Source: a virus. From it: a stretch of 39,647 bases of DNA. A program made the translations under genes and the position numbers. This document shows, one piece after another, positions 24,737 through 33,805 of the stretch (the first letter of the stretch is position 1; each line of letters begins with the position of its first letter). The notes under the pieces were generated by a model. It was not told the DNA's origin. It did no database searches and saw nothing but the letters and a program-made list of their open reading frames with translations. The DNA lies in the IMG/VR virus record IMGVR_UViG_3300011980_000001, positions 1 to 39,647 of that record; one strand, written 5' to 3'.

Positions 24737-24779
24737 ACAAAAATGACGTACTATATCTGTTTATAATATAGCACGTCAT
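24737..24779 (-). terminator. Intrinsic terminator splitting the late arm
   Basis: 14-bp stem (24743..24756 / 24766..24779) with a 9-nt loop, followed by UUUUGUG on the minus strand. The single non-Watson-Crick position is a G-U pair only in the minus-sense RNA. Confidence 0.6.
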
Positions 24780-24804
24780 CCGTGATTATATTTAGGCGAT
24801 TAGA

Positions 24805-25416
24805 CTATTCGTCAAATCCCAAATCATCGTTGGTAACTGCTTTTTCAGCAGCTGCCTCACCCTGCCTGCCATCATAGTTGCCACCCTGGTCTGTGCGTGG
24901 TGCTTCATCAACCGTCTCAACAGTCTCTGGCGTATCGCTTGTCGCCCTCTCGCTAGTTGGTGTCGCTGGTCGTGCTTCATTTACTGCATTCGGGTCAAAT
25001 ACACCCAAGAATGACTTGTCTAAGAATACATCACGTTCGGCATCGTCACTAATCATATTACGTTCAGCACTGCTTCGTCGCTGGGCGTACTCTTTCCACA
25101 TACGGTCAAGGGCAATGTAGGCTTGCCACCCAGGTACCACCTTGGTCTCGCCAGATTGCAATACCACTGCCTGTGGTTTGCCAGGAGTAACACGTCGTGT
25201 CGCCTTGTCTGGTCGCTCAACCAATTCATCATCTGGGTTAACGAATACATAACCGCTTGGCTTGTCATCAATATTCTTGATACGCACCAAATCGTTACGC
25301 CTAAACATATTGTGCAATTTTTCGCCCATTGACACACCAGCGGCTGGTGAAATCTCAGCCCCTCTTAGTAGTTGCTCTGCTGTTAGTAAATCGTTTTGCT
25401 GTGTTTTATTGTCCAT
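24805..25416 (-). CDS. Hypothetical head-module protein (203 aa)
   Basis: Co-oriented ORF between the scaffold-like gene and the terminator. No motif recognised. Confidence 0.55.
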   Translation of the reverse strand: MDNKTQQNDLLTAEQLLRGAEISPAAGVSMGEKLHNMFRRNDLVRIKNIDDKPSGYVFVNPDDELVERPDKATRRVTPGKPQAVVLQSGETKVVPGWQAYIALDRMWKEYAQRRSSAERNMISDDAERDVFLDKSFLGVFDPNAVNEARPATPTSERATSDTPETVETVDEAPRTDQGGNYDGRQGEAAAEKAVTNDDLGFDE

Positions 25417-25429
25417 TGACTACCTCCAT

Positions 25430-26494
25430 TTAGTCCAAATCTTGTTCATACATGTCAACAATATCACGCGCACTCGTGCCAAGTGGAAACCTGCGACGCT
25501 GTGTTGTCTTGCTACTCTTGTTTTCACCACCTGGGCTACCGCTAATTTTGGCTGCTGCCTTTTTCCGCTCTGTATCGCCCTTGGCTACTGTCTGCTTTTT
25601 CTGGTATAGTTCTGGGTGCATACCCTTGTAAATCTGTCCAGCACGGTACACACTAATCTTTTCGTTACCATCAGCATTGATTTCATCACGCAACTTCAAA
25701 ATCTCGTTGGCGACTTTGACACCCTCATCATTGTCGAACTCTGGCGTACCTGGCTTGGTCGTAAACTTCGGCACAATACCATCTTTTTGTAGCCGCTCGA
25801 CATCCGCAACAACACGCTGGCTCTCCTGCTGCCGCTGGGTCTGCTGCTGGCGTTGCTGTGAGTACTGGTGTAGCTCATCGGCTATCTTTTCAGCGCGGCT
25901 ACTCTGTGCAGTGACTTCTGATATAAACTGTGATTCCGCCTTTTTATTAGCAAACTCAAAATCATCAGGTAATTGCTCTGGTGTCTTGACGCGCACCGTT
26001 TCACCATCTTTGCCCACTGCGGTAATGTAAGGCAGGCTGTTATAGATGTACTTATTAGCAGGCGGCATATCATTCCAGGTATCCTCTGGCACTTCGCTCG
26101 GTCGCTTTTCCCACTGCTGCGGCTGACGTGGCTCGTCTGACTTCTTGTCATCCTCATCCTTTTTAGCAACTTTCAAACCACGTTTTTCAAGCTCGGCTAG
26201 TAGTTCATCATCTGATAACCCTTGTGCTTCTGGCTCTTTCTCTTCTGCCTCGTCTTGGCTATCATTGTTTTCTTCATTGTCTGTCTCTTTTTCGCCCTCT
26301 CCATCGCTTTCCGACGCTTGCTCTCCGTCATCGGTCTGATTTTGCGTTTCACCCTTGTTTTCCTCACTTTCTTGAGTGTCTGTATTGGTATTATCTTCTT
26401 GAGCAGTGTTATCTGCTTCGTTTTCAGCTTGATTGTCCCCCGACAGTAGGCTATCAAGCTTAGATTCGGCAAGCTCTTGAATGTCTTGATTCAT
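25430..26494 (-). CDS. Highly acidic protein (354 aa), scaffold-like
   Basis: The N-terminal 120 aa or so is D/E/N/T-rich low complexity. Lies downstream of portal-associated genes. Function is inferred from position and composition only. Confidence 0.5.
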   Translation of the reverse strand: MNQDIQELAESKLDSLLSGDNQAENEADNTAQEDNTNTDTQESEENKGETQNQTDDGEQASESDGEGEKETDNEENNDSQDEAEEKEPEAQGLSDDELLAELEKRGLKVAKKDEDDKKSDEPRQPQQWEKRPSEVPEDTWNDMPPANKYIYNSLPYITAVGKDGETVRVKTPEQLPDDFEFANKKAESQFISEVTAQSSRAEKIADELHQYSQQRQQQTQRQQESQRVVADVERLQKDGIVPKFTTKPGTPEFDNDEGVKVANEILKLRDEINADGNEKISVYRAGQIYKGMHPELYQKKQTVAKGDTERKKAAAKISGSPGGENKSSKTTQRRRFPLGTSARDIVDMYEQDLD

Positions 26495-26564
26495 CCATAT
26501 CCCCCATAGTTAATAATTATGGTTATATTGTACAAAATATGAGACAAAAACACAATTATTGCTG

Positions 26565-27731
26565 TTAAGCCATGTAGCCAGTATCATCACTGCCAAATAA
26601 TGAGCCAAGAATACTCGCTGTCGGTATAATTCCAGCAGCAGATAGCATATATCGATTCAGCAATTTTTTAGTCGCTTTGCTGTCGCCTTTAGTGTCATAT
26701 AGTCGCTGAGCAATATCATCCAAAAATGTATTATCTTTCGGCATACCCGCCCTCGGCAACGACCTAAAACTAGCAATATCCTGCGGTCTGATGTTAGCAT
26801 TAAGTTCTGCATAATGGTGTGTGTCTAAATCGCCCAATGCGTTACCATAAATAGCTCTTTGCAAGTCCTCACGACTGTTAATTGGCGTATGATAGCCCTC
26901 AGGAATAATCTCACGCAAGGCTTCCTCCTGCAAGTCTGGCAAACTTCTGCCTTGACCTCGATATTTTCTACTCAATTCATTAAATGCAGCTATCTGCGGC
27001 ACATCACCAATATCGTCAAGGTTCTTGGACACTCCACTCAGCCTGCCCTGGTTGAGCATTTCTGGGTCAAGCAGCATTTGTTCACGTTGACCTCCACCAT
27101 AACCAAAATTAAGCTCGTTCAAATCTCTAAGTCTCTGTACACCTACGGGTGAGTATTCTCCGCCTGGTACTGGTCTAGCATTTGCAGTTCTTGCTAACAC
27201 TGGCATATCTGCAGCAGCACGGTAAACATCGTCTATTGTGCCGTTATCAACAGCGTTTAAGACATCATTCATTATCTGTTCACGCGATGGCAAAGTATTA
27301 ACACTTTTGACCATATTGTCATAGTCACCAATCTGTTTAATATAATCATTGGCAGCGTCGGTGAAGTCTTTTGCTTTAACAGCAAAGTGCTCTTCTCCAT
27401 TAGGAAACATGTCGTCAAGTCTCAACTTGGATTCATCGACATACGCTGGTACAATCTTTCGACCATATCCCTCTGTGTTTGGACTGTTTGCCATTGAAGA
27501 CACAAAAGCCTCGCCAGTGTTCTCTCTGGACTTAAACCCCTTTAGCAAATCATCCACATTGGCATTTGTTTTATGAAAAACAAGACGTTTGCCTGGGTTA
27601 TTCGATACGAGGTAGTCGTCAAGACTTTGCACGGCTCTAGCCGCATCATCAACATATTTAGACGATAGACGGCTGGCAACATCATCAGCGTTGCTTGATA
27701 GTAATTTTTTCAATAGTCCGCTGGTGTTCAT
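26565..27731 (-). CDS. Portal-adjacent virion protein (388 aa), minor head/internal protein candidate
   Basis: Starts 1 nt after the portal stop. The N-terminal leader GLLKKLLSSNADDVASRLSSKYVDDAA resembles the N-terminus of 8754..10514. Hydrophobic C-terminus. Confidence 0.55.
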   Translation of the reverse strand: MNTSGLLKKLLSSNADDVASRLSSKYVDDAARAVQSLDDYLVSNNPGKRLVFHKTNANVDDLLKGFKSRENTGEAFVSSMANSPNTEGYGRKIVPAYVDESKLRLDDMFPNGEEHFAVKAKDFTDAANDYIKQIGDYDNMVKSVNTLPSREQIMNDVLNAVDNGTIDDVYRAAADMPVLARTANARPVPGGEYSPVGVQRLRDLNELNFGYGGGQREQMLLDPEMLNQGRLSGVSKNLDDIGDVPQIAAFNELSRKYRGQGRSLPDLQEEALREIIPEGYHTPINSREDLQRAIYGNALGDLDTHHYAELNANIRPQDIASFRSLPRAGMPKDNTFLDDIAQRLYDTKGDSKATKKLLNRYMLSAAGIIPTASILGSLFGSDDTGYMA

Positions 27732-27732
27732 A

Positions 27733-29874
27733 TTATCCCCCCATCAATCTGCTCAATACGCCAACATCAGGAATCTCAGCTCCGCCCTCTGGCATTTGTG
27801 ATATCGGTGCTTCACTCTGTGGCGGCATAGCTCCAGCGTCGGGCATAGATGGGATTGGCGCACCATTTGGTGGCATACCTTGCGGCGGCATCATTGGTGG
27901 TTGCGGCATTGGTGGCGGCACCTCAGGCGGTTCAGGTGTAATTGGTAAACTTGGGTCGATTAACATGCCCTGCTCATTCGCTGCTTCAAGTTTAGCACGC
28001 TGCGATAATCCAATGACCTCTTGTTCGATATGTTGCAACATCGCTTGCTGATACTCTGGCTTGGCGTACAGGAATTTATCTGTCATAAGCTGCTTGCGGT
28101 GCGCGTGGATATGGTCTGGTGTAATATCATCACGTGGCTGTGCCTCTTGACCATTCATAATCAATGAGAAGTCGATGTAGGCGTCACGGTCGGCAACCTC
28201 GCTCTTAACATCAGACACGAGAGTGTCTGGTGCCATCTTGAACTTCACCAGTGCCTCATATCGTTTGTCTGCGTCTTTAAGTCCCAAATCCTTGAACAGG
28301 TTATACGGGTCAATCAAGCCCATCTTCGCTAGTGCCATACCAATATTCTCACGTCGCTCTTTGTCAATACGCATAATGCTGCCCTGAGATACAGTAATAT
28401 TAGCCACGTCTGGCATACTCTCTCTGGATAGCTGCACAAACATAAAGTTTCCGTCGTTGTCTCTTGTCGAGAAATCGTGCTTGTCAGTGTACCAGACTTT
28501 CATCATCTGCACTAACAGTCTAAAGTAACGATTCAGGCTAAACTCAATCTCTTTGACAATCTCATCTTGCCGTCCGCTTGCTTGCGATTGCATCATTTTT
28601 GCCTCACCAAGCGTACCGACCTCACGCTGTGAATCATCCCCACGGAATTGTGACGGCGTTCCTAAGATATTGTGAATACTGTTTTTGACATCATTCTTGT
28701 CCTGTAGCACGTAATTTGGCAACAAATGAGGCGTAATCTCACCAAATGCACTCTGCACTGGCATATCGTCTTCAGTATCCAAAATAATAATCTGGTTAGG
28801 GTCTCGGGTGATGTTCTCTGCTTGTTCATCAGGAATTGAACCGCTCTTGAAAATCATCAAGCTGTTGGCGGTATCAGCGTTCTCTACAATCTGCCGGCCA
28901 CGCTTATTGAGGATATCCTGTAATGGTATAGCCTGTTCAATAGGTGTGGTCTGGTCAATTAGGTGGCTACCGTCATTGAGATAGTTGAAGAAGATGTACG
29001 GTTTTGTCGGCGTGTCAATAAAGTTTTCAATCTGTACGCCATCATCGTCATACAGATAGTTCGGGTTCTTAATTTTGTCTAAAATAACGTCACGGAAGTA
29101 CCACGCCACACACTCTACAGGCTCATCGCTGCTCTCGTCAGTAAACCAAATCTCATTGTAGGCTATCGTTTGTCCCATTAGCTTTGGCGTCTTGCGTACA
29201 CGCCCCAGTGCTGCCACAATCGCTTTTTCTCGGTGTGGGAAACGGTGAATAAGCCCAGCTACGGTGCTAGTGCATACTTCAGCGACGAACTTTGGCTCAT
29301 CACCTAGCTCACAGTCTTTGTCTAAAATAACGTTGTCTGGGTTAAGCGCTACAGGCACAATATCGTCAACGTCTGGGTCATAGTATAGCTTAATAATACC
29401 AACACGCTTGGTATAAACATTTTTGGCTGCGACTTTCACCTTGCGTGCCAGACTATGGCGCTCGCTATGGATATTAATGGCAGTTTCCAAGTCCTCTGCC
29501 ATGACCATGCTCTGCACCTCTTTGTCCTGCGGCGTCACCTCGCATGATGGGTCACGACCAGTCACATACGCCATCACCGCCTGAGTACCAACGAAAATCT
29601 GATTGTCAACAAACGGCACTTGGTAATTGTACAGCTTGCTAGCATCGATTTGGTAGCCAAGATAATACCGCTCATTCCTCGCCCTGACATTTTCCAAGTT
29701 ATAACCTTTGGTGCTGTTCCAATATGATTGGCTGTCTGTAATCCAACGCTTAAAGTTTGCAATAAGCTCCCTGTCATCTGTCTTAATAGACAAAACAGGT
29801 CTGTCATCAATAATGCCTGTGTCTTTTGTAATGTCGTCTACTGATGAATCATTGAATACTTTTGTCGTGTCCAT
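27733..29874 (-). CDS. Portal protein with a Pro/Met-rich C-terminal tail
   Basis: 713 aa, directly downstream of the large terminase. Size and position are typical of portals. The C-terminal 70 aa or so is P/M/G-rich. Confidence 0.7.
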   Translation of the reverse strand: MDTTKVFNDSSVDDITKDTGIIDDRPVLSIKTDDRELIANFKRWITDSQSYWNSTKGYNLENVRARNERYYLGYQIDASKLYNYQVPFVDNQIFVGTQAVMAYVTGRDPSCEVTPQDKEVQSMVMAEDLETAINIHSERHSLARKVKVAAKNVYTKRVGIIKLYYDPDVDDIVPVALNPDNVILDKDCELGDEPKFVAEVCTSTVAGLIHRFPHREKAIVAALGRVRKTPKLMGQTIAYNEIWFTDESSDEPVECVAWYFRDVILDKIKNPNYLYDDDGVQIENFIDTPTKPYIFFNYLNDGSHLIDQTTPIEQAIPLQDILNKRGRQIVENADTANSLMIFKSGSIPDEQAENITRDPNQIIILDTEDDMPVQSAFGEITPHLLPNYVLQDKNDVKNSIHNILGTPSQFRGDDSQREVGTLGEAKMMQSQASGRQDEIVKEIEFSLNRYFRLLVQMMKVWYTDKHDFSTRDNDGNFMFVQLSRESMPDVANITVSQGSIMRIDKERRENIGMALAKMGLIDPYNLFKDLGLKDADKRYEALVKFKMAPDTLVSDVKSEVADRDAYIDFSLIMNGQEAQPRDDITPDHIHAHRKQLMTDKFLYAKPEYQQAMLQHIEQEVIGLSQRAKLEAANEQGMLIDPSLPITPEPPEVPPPMPQPPMMPPQGMPPNGAPIPSMPDAGAMPPQSEAPISQMPEGGAEIPDVGVLSRLMGG

Positions 29875-29937
29875 TGCTTATTGCCTCTCTACCTCTAGTG
29901 TATCACGCTAATATGTTTTTACCTCTGTCTAAATAAC

Positions 29938-31554
29938 CTAATTTGTCCGCCAATCGCCACGCTTGCGCTGTTGTGTAGCATTCTTAATGAGCGTTTGGAC
30001 ATCATACCCAAGGTCTTTATACGTCACACCAGTGCCAGCTAAGTAGCTCTGCTGTGTCTTTTTCAGCTTGAACGATGGGTTGAATAATTTACCTCGCACT
30101 TTATTTGCGGTCATGATGGTGTAAAACAGTGCGTCAAGGGCGTGGTCTTCATTGTTAGCATCTAACTCTTCACCGCCGCTGTCCTTGGCGTATACGATGG
30201 TCGGCAACGTATCGATGAGGTATGAGCAGTTTCGGTGTATCTGAATGCCTGGTTTACCGTCTGGTGAATCAGCGAACATATCGTGCAAGCGGTACACGCT
30301 AGCTTTTTTCAGGTCACGATTGAGCTTGTCGGCTTTGACTATTTTTGGCTGTTTGTCGGGTGATAACTTCTTGATTTCATTCTTGATGACATCAGCAATA
30401 GGCTCTGTACCACCTAGGTGGCTGAATGCATCGTGGGGTAGTGCAATAATGTCCACTGGCTCTCTATCCTGTTGTTCTGCAATCTCCTTTGCCCACCATT
30501 CAGGGCTTTTGTGATTGTCGTGCCGTTCACGATAGATAAACGCACGCTCGTGTGTTTCAGTGATTTGGTCAAATGTAGCATACAGTAACACACACTCGTC
30601 ATTGTAGCCCCAGTCCATGCCCATAATCTTCCATGAGCCATCAAACTGTTTGCGGTCAATGCCCCAATCACTAAATCTATCAAACACGTGCTTATTGCGC
30701 CTGAACTCCTCAAACACTGCGCCAAACTGAATGTCCCAGTTTCCCCAACGCCACGCCTCATACAGTTCTGGGTCGCTATTCTTCAAGCTTTCTAGCTGTT
30801 GAACATAAACAGGGTCGCTCGCAAGCAGAATAGGGTTGCTGTCGATTGTGGCTGGTATGTACGCACGCCAGATGCCAGTTTCCCGCTCAATGACTGTCTG
30901 CCAATATGTCACCTGTGGCTTTCCATAAATATCTGTCCAGTAATATTTATGCTTCAATACCTCGCATTTCTGTACATCTGGTGTGACAAATCGCCGCTTA
31001 ACCCATGCCATGCCAACACCACCAGGGTTAGCTGTGTTGAACACCTGAGGGAATAAATCGTTATACTTGCTACGTGCTGAGCTAATCAACTTCTCATACA
31101 TCGACTCTTTCGGTATCTGTGTCAGCTCCTCAATATTGATACGTGAATACTCGTGTCCCTGGTACTTCGTGTAGGCATCATCATCCTTGAGATGTCCACC
31201 AAGCACACGCCCTGTGTGTTTACCACTAATAATCATCGGGTGTCGCCTTAGTTTAGCACCAAAGATACGATAGGCTTGACTGGCACGGTCTTCAAAGTCT
31301 GATAGGTCTTCAGCGTTGCGGCGAATAACAAGCTGCTTCGTACGAGGGTCTTTGAACCTGTCGCCAATGATAGCGATACTCACGTCAGTTTTTCCACCAC
31401 CACGTGCACCGCCGTACAGTATCTCACGGTAGCGTCTGTCTCGTGATAACGCTACAGCTAGCTGCTGCGGTCCTGGTAGCGGCGTCCAGTAGCCTATGTC
31501 ACGGTACTTTTGTAGCTCACTCGTTATTAGTTCTGGCTTTAGAAATTTGCTCAT
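29938..31554 (-). CDS. terL: Terminase large subunit
   Basis: Walker A motif LYGGARGGGKT. 538 aa from the ATG at 31554 (AGAGGG 8 nt upstream). The track ORF extends to 31593. Confidence 0.85.
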   Translation of the reverse strand: MSKFLKPELITSELQKYRDIGYWTPLPGPQQLAVALSRDRRYREILYGGARGGGKTDVSIAIIGDRFKDPRTKQLVIRRNAEDLSDFEDRASQAYRIFGAKLRRHPMIISGKHTGRVLGGHLKDDDAYTKYQGHEYSRINIEELTQIPKESMYEKLISSARSKYNDLFPQVFNTANPGGVGMAWVKRRFVTPDVQKCEVLKHKYYWTDIYGKPQVTYWQTVIERETGIWRAYIPATIDSNPILLASDPVYVQQLESLKNSDPELYEAWRWGNWDIQFGAVFEEFRRNKHVFDRFSDWGIDRKQFDGSWKIMGMDWGYNDECVLLYATFDQITETHERAFIYRERHDNHKSPEWWAKEIAEQQDREPVDIIALPHDAFSHLGGTEPIADVIKNEIKKLSPDKQPKIVKADKLNRDLKKASVYRLHDMFADSPDGKPGIQIHRNCSYLIDTLPTIVYAKDSGGEELDANNEDHALDALFYTIMTANKVRGKLFNPSFKLKKTQQSYLAGTGVTYKDLGYDVQTLIKNATQQRKRGDWRTN

Positions 31555-32002
31555 CAATATAGCCCTCTGGTAACGTTGGAATGACAAAACCACGGATTAG
31601 TGGTGCGGCTTTTTCATCAGCCTCAATACTGATGTCCTGCTTGGCTCGTCCCTCCGTGCGGTCTGTAATTTCTTTGGTTTCTTTAAGGCTCTCATCGTCA
31701 TCACGGATAGCACGCTCAATACGCCGCTTGGCAATAGCCTCTGCGTTGGTAGTTGGCTCAAACTTTTTGAACTCCTCGGGCGTCATCGCCAGCATACGAT
31801 TGTACTGATAACTGACGCTGTTTTCTTTTTTCCATTTGCCGTTACTGCGGTTCTGTGGATTATCGCCAAACCCACCTTTTCCTGTAGGATTAGGCACTAC
31901 TCCAGGCAACCACGCACCTGTTGATTTTCGTGGCACATCCTGTTCTTGCCTTGTAGAACTATCCACCTCTGTTGTCCCATCTGCATTAATCTTCTGCATC
32001 AT
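31517..32002 (-). CDS. terS: Terminase small subunit-like protein
   Basis: 161 aa from ATGATG at 32002 (AAGGAGGG upstream). Motif PGVVPNPTGKGGFGDNPQNRSNG. Lies immediately upstream of terL and overlaps it. Confidence 0.55.
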   Translation of the reverse strand: MMQKINADGTTEVDSSTRQEQDVPRKSTGAWLPGVVPNPTGKGGFGDNPQNRSNGKWKKENSVSYQYNRMLAMTPEEFKKFEPTTNAEAIAKRRIERAIRDDDESLKETKEITDRTEGRAKQDISIEADEKAAPLIRGFVIPTLPEGYIDEQISKARTNNE

Positions 32003-32126
32003 CACCCTCCTTATGTTTGTATTCACCGCACTTTGCACATACTACATCACCAATATCCTCATGCTCAATACTTTTGGTCATACACCAACAATATGTGCAT
32101 AAGGTGAGTTCATGTATAGTTTTCAT
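31986..32126 (-). CDS. Mini zinc-ribbon protein (46 aa)
   Basis: Not in the track. ATGA overlap with the upstream stop. CxxCxC ... CxxC pattern (LCTYCWC ... VCAKCG). Confidence 0.4.
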   Translation of the reverse strand: MKTIHELTLCTYCWCMTKSIEHEDIGDVVCAKCGEYKHKEGDDAED

Positions 32127-32473
32127 TTCTGCCTCACAATTAGATTGATACGTGCTAACGCCGTGTCTTGTATATCATCAATAGCAATATCCATATCATA
32201 ACTTCTATTGTCAAGTTTTGATATACAGTGGCTTTGCTTTACTGGTAGATGATAAAGCTTGGCGAATTTTCGTGCACGGTCAGCTCCGCCAGCGCTCCAT
32301 ACCCATAGCTCAACGTTTTTGAACCCACTCAATATGTTGAATAGAGCGACTATGTTATAGTTTGCATCTTGACAATTATCTGTACAGTTACAACGCAATG
32401 TCCCGTCAACATCAAATGCTATGTTGATTTTACGCATTTTAGCTCGTGGTAAATCAGGACTGGCTCTTTTCAT
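32123..32473 (-). CDS. Minimal HAD-superfamily phosphatase-like protein
   Basis: Motif I FDVDGTL, motif II VWSAGG, motif IV IAIDDIQD. The start is taken at 32473 (GAAAGAGGG upstream); 32437 is an alternative. The long track form overlaps the HNH gene. Confidence 0.6.
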   Translation of the reverse strand: MKRASPDLPRAKMRKINIAFDVDGTLRCNCTDNCQDANYNIVALFNILSGFKNVELWVWSAGGADRARKFAKLYHLPVKQSHCISKLDNRSYDMDIAIDDIQDTALARINLIVRQK

Positions 32474-32735
32474 ACTCTGCTGCCCTCTTTCGTGATTCTT
32501 CATTTTCAAGTTTCGTTTTCGTACGGTGGCAAGGCAAACATAATACCTGCCAGTTTTTAGTATCAAATGGTGAGCCGTTGAACTGCTCAAGCGGTATAAT
32601 ATGGTCAACTGACATTTGCTGGCTGGCAAGTATTTTGCCACAATAAGCGCATGGTTTTCCTTTCTTGAATTTCTTTTTGAATTTGGTAAATTTCAACGAT
32701 TGGTTTTTTGGCATCATTTTATAAAATGAACTCAT
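32454..32735 (-). CDS. HNH endonuclease
   Basis: CAYCG...SVDHIIPLEQ...NWQVLCLPCHRTKT. The ATG at 32735 is preceded by GGAAAGGGTAAAA. Confidence 0.8.
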   Translation of the reverse strand: MSSFYKMMPKNQSLKFTKFKKKFKKGKPCAYCGKILASQQMSVDHIIPLEQFNGSPFDTKNWQVLCLPCHRTKTKLENEESRKRAAEYEKSQS

Positions 32736-32768
32736 TTTTACCCTTTCCACTTAACATAACCTGTTTAT

Positions 32769-32777
32769 ATTATACCA
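32769..32777 (-). promoter_or_regulatory. Extended -10 promoter (TGgTATAAT) for the late/packaging arm
   Basis: The reverse complement reads aaatTGGTATAATataaac. The -35 box is poor (TTTATT). Confidence 0.45.
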
Positions 32778-32794
32778 ATTTATCTCTATAAAAT

Positions 32795-32824
32795 AAAGTA
32801 GCCACCCTTTCAGGCAGCTACTTT
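32795..32824. terminator. Hairpin with flanking T/A runs (candidate bidirectional terminator ending the early arm)
   Basis: 8-bp stem aaagtagc / gctacttt with a 14-nt loop. tttt follows on the plus side and tttatttt on the minus side. Confidence 0.4.
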
Positions 32825-33059
32825 TGGTAGTGTCTTGATAAGCCAATCATAAAGCTTCACAATCTTGCTACCACTTCTGGTCTACGTCTTGCTCATCAGC
32901 CAGTGTGTCCACCAACGCCCCCAGTTTCGCTACAGCGTAATTGCTGGCAAGATTAGCTATCAATCCACCACTCTTATGATATCACACTAATCTAGCTAAT
33001 GCAACACAAATCACGGAATTTTATATATGACTTTTGGGTGATACATAGCATTGGCATAA

Positions 33060-33266
33060 TCACGTGCTTGACGTCTTTTTTTTAGAATCATCTATATTTT
33101 CGTATTTCTTATTTAGTTCTTTTAGATATACTTCACACTGGTGTCCAAATCTATATACTTCGTCTCTGATTATAAGCTTACCGCATTTGTCGCATACTAT
33201 TGAAATGTCTATGTACGACTTTGAGGGATTTCTATTGATTAATCTTTCCATACCTCTCCTTTCCAT
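33060..33266 (-). CDS. Small Cys/His protein (68 aa)
   Basis: CDKCGK...FGHQC motif. Its paralogue-like partner is 34013..34300. Confidence 0.55.
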   Translation of the reverse strand: MERRGMERLINRNPSKSYIDISIVCDKCGKLIIRDEVYRFGHQCEVYLKELNKKYENIDDSKKKTSST

Positions 33267-33543
33267 AAATTACATAACCACCTGGCAAATTCATATACTG
33301 AATATCGTCAAATCGTATTAGTACAATCTCACACCATGATTGTGGTGGACAAGTCGGCTCCATACTCTTAGCAGCTTCTCTCGCATCTTCTATGTTAGTA
33401 AAAGCAACAACCCGACCAGCATCATCTCTGTAAAGTTCGACCTCATGTTCTTTATTACTGAATTTTCTTACAAGGTATAACCCCTTCATTGGCTTAATTA
33501 TTTTATCTTTAAACTTTTCAGTATTTTCAATTCCGTATACCAT
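33232..33543 (-). CDS. Hypothetical protein (103 aa)
   Basis: Co-oriented, overlapping ORF in the AT-rich early block. Confidence 0.55.
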   Translation of the reverse strand: MVYGIENTEKFKDKIIKPMKGLYLVRKFSNKEHEVELYRDDAGRVVAFTNIEDAREAAKSMEPTCPPQSWCEIVLIRFDDIQYMNLPGGYVIYGKERYGKINQ

Positions 33544-33802
33544 TTTCTATATTCTCTCTTTCCTTGTCTCTAATGTATTCGTACATATTAGCTAAATTAA
33601 AGTCTGGAAATTGCCCCATGTATTCTAAAGCATGTTCCAAGGCTTCGATTTCGGCTTTCTTGACAATGTTCATAAGTTCATCATCATACTTTTGATAGAC
33701 CCTGTTGATGTCTTCCTCCTTAACACCTTCTTGAATTATCAGTCTCAAAAATTCATTTTGAAATCGCTCTAGGGTTACGTGTATTTCTAAATATGGGTTC
33801 AT
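33527..33802 (-). CDS. Hypothetical protein (91 aa)
   Basis: Co-oriented ORF in the AT-rich early block. Confidence 0.55.
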   Translation of the reverse strand: MNPYLEIHVTLERFQNEFLRLIIQEGVKEEDINRVYQKYDDELMNIVKKAEIEALEHALEYMGQFPDFNLANMYEYIRDKERENIENGIRN

Positions 33803-33805
33803 TTG

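Noticed and set aside
27695-28051. A Gly/Ile-rich plus-strand ORF (118 aa).
   Set aside because: It is the mirror image of the Pro/Met-rich portal tail coding sequence and a compositional artefact.
32474-32641. The long (172-aa) form of the HAD-like ORF.
   Set aside because: It would overlap the HNH gene by 188 nt in another frame. The HAD motif I begins just after the internal Met codons, which have better start contexts.
32825-33059. A tRNA or other small RNA gene in the long non-coding tract. The other intergenic gaps were checked as well.
   Set aside because: I found no cloverleaf-compatible acceptor, D or T-arm pattern (GTTCRANNC-type T-loop with flanking 5-bp stems) by eye on either strand. 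tRNAscan-SE or ARAGORN is needed to be sure.
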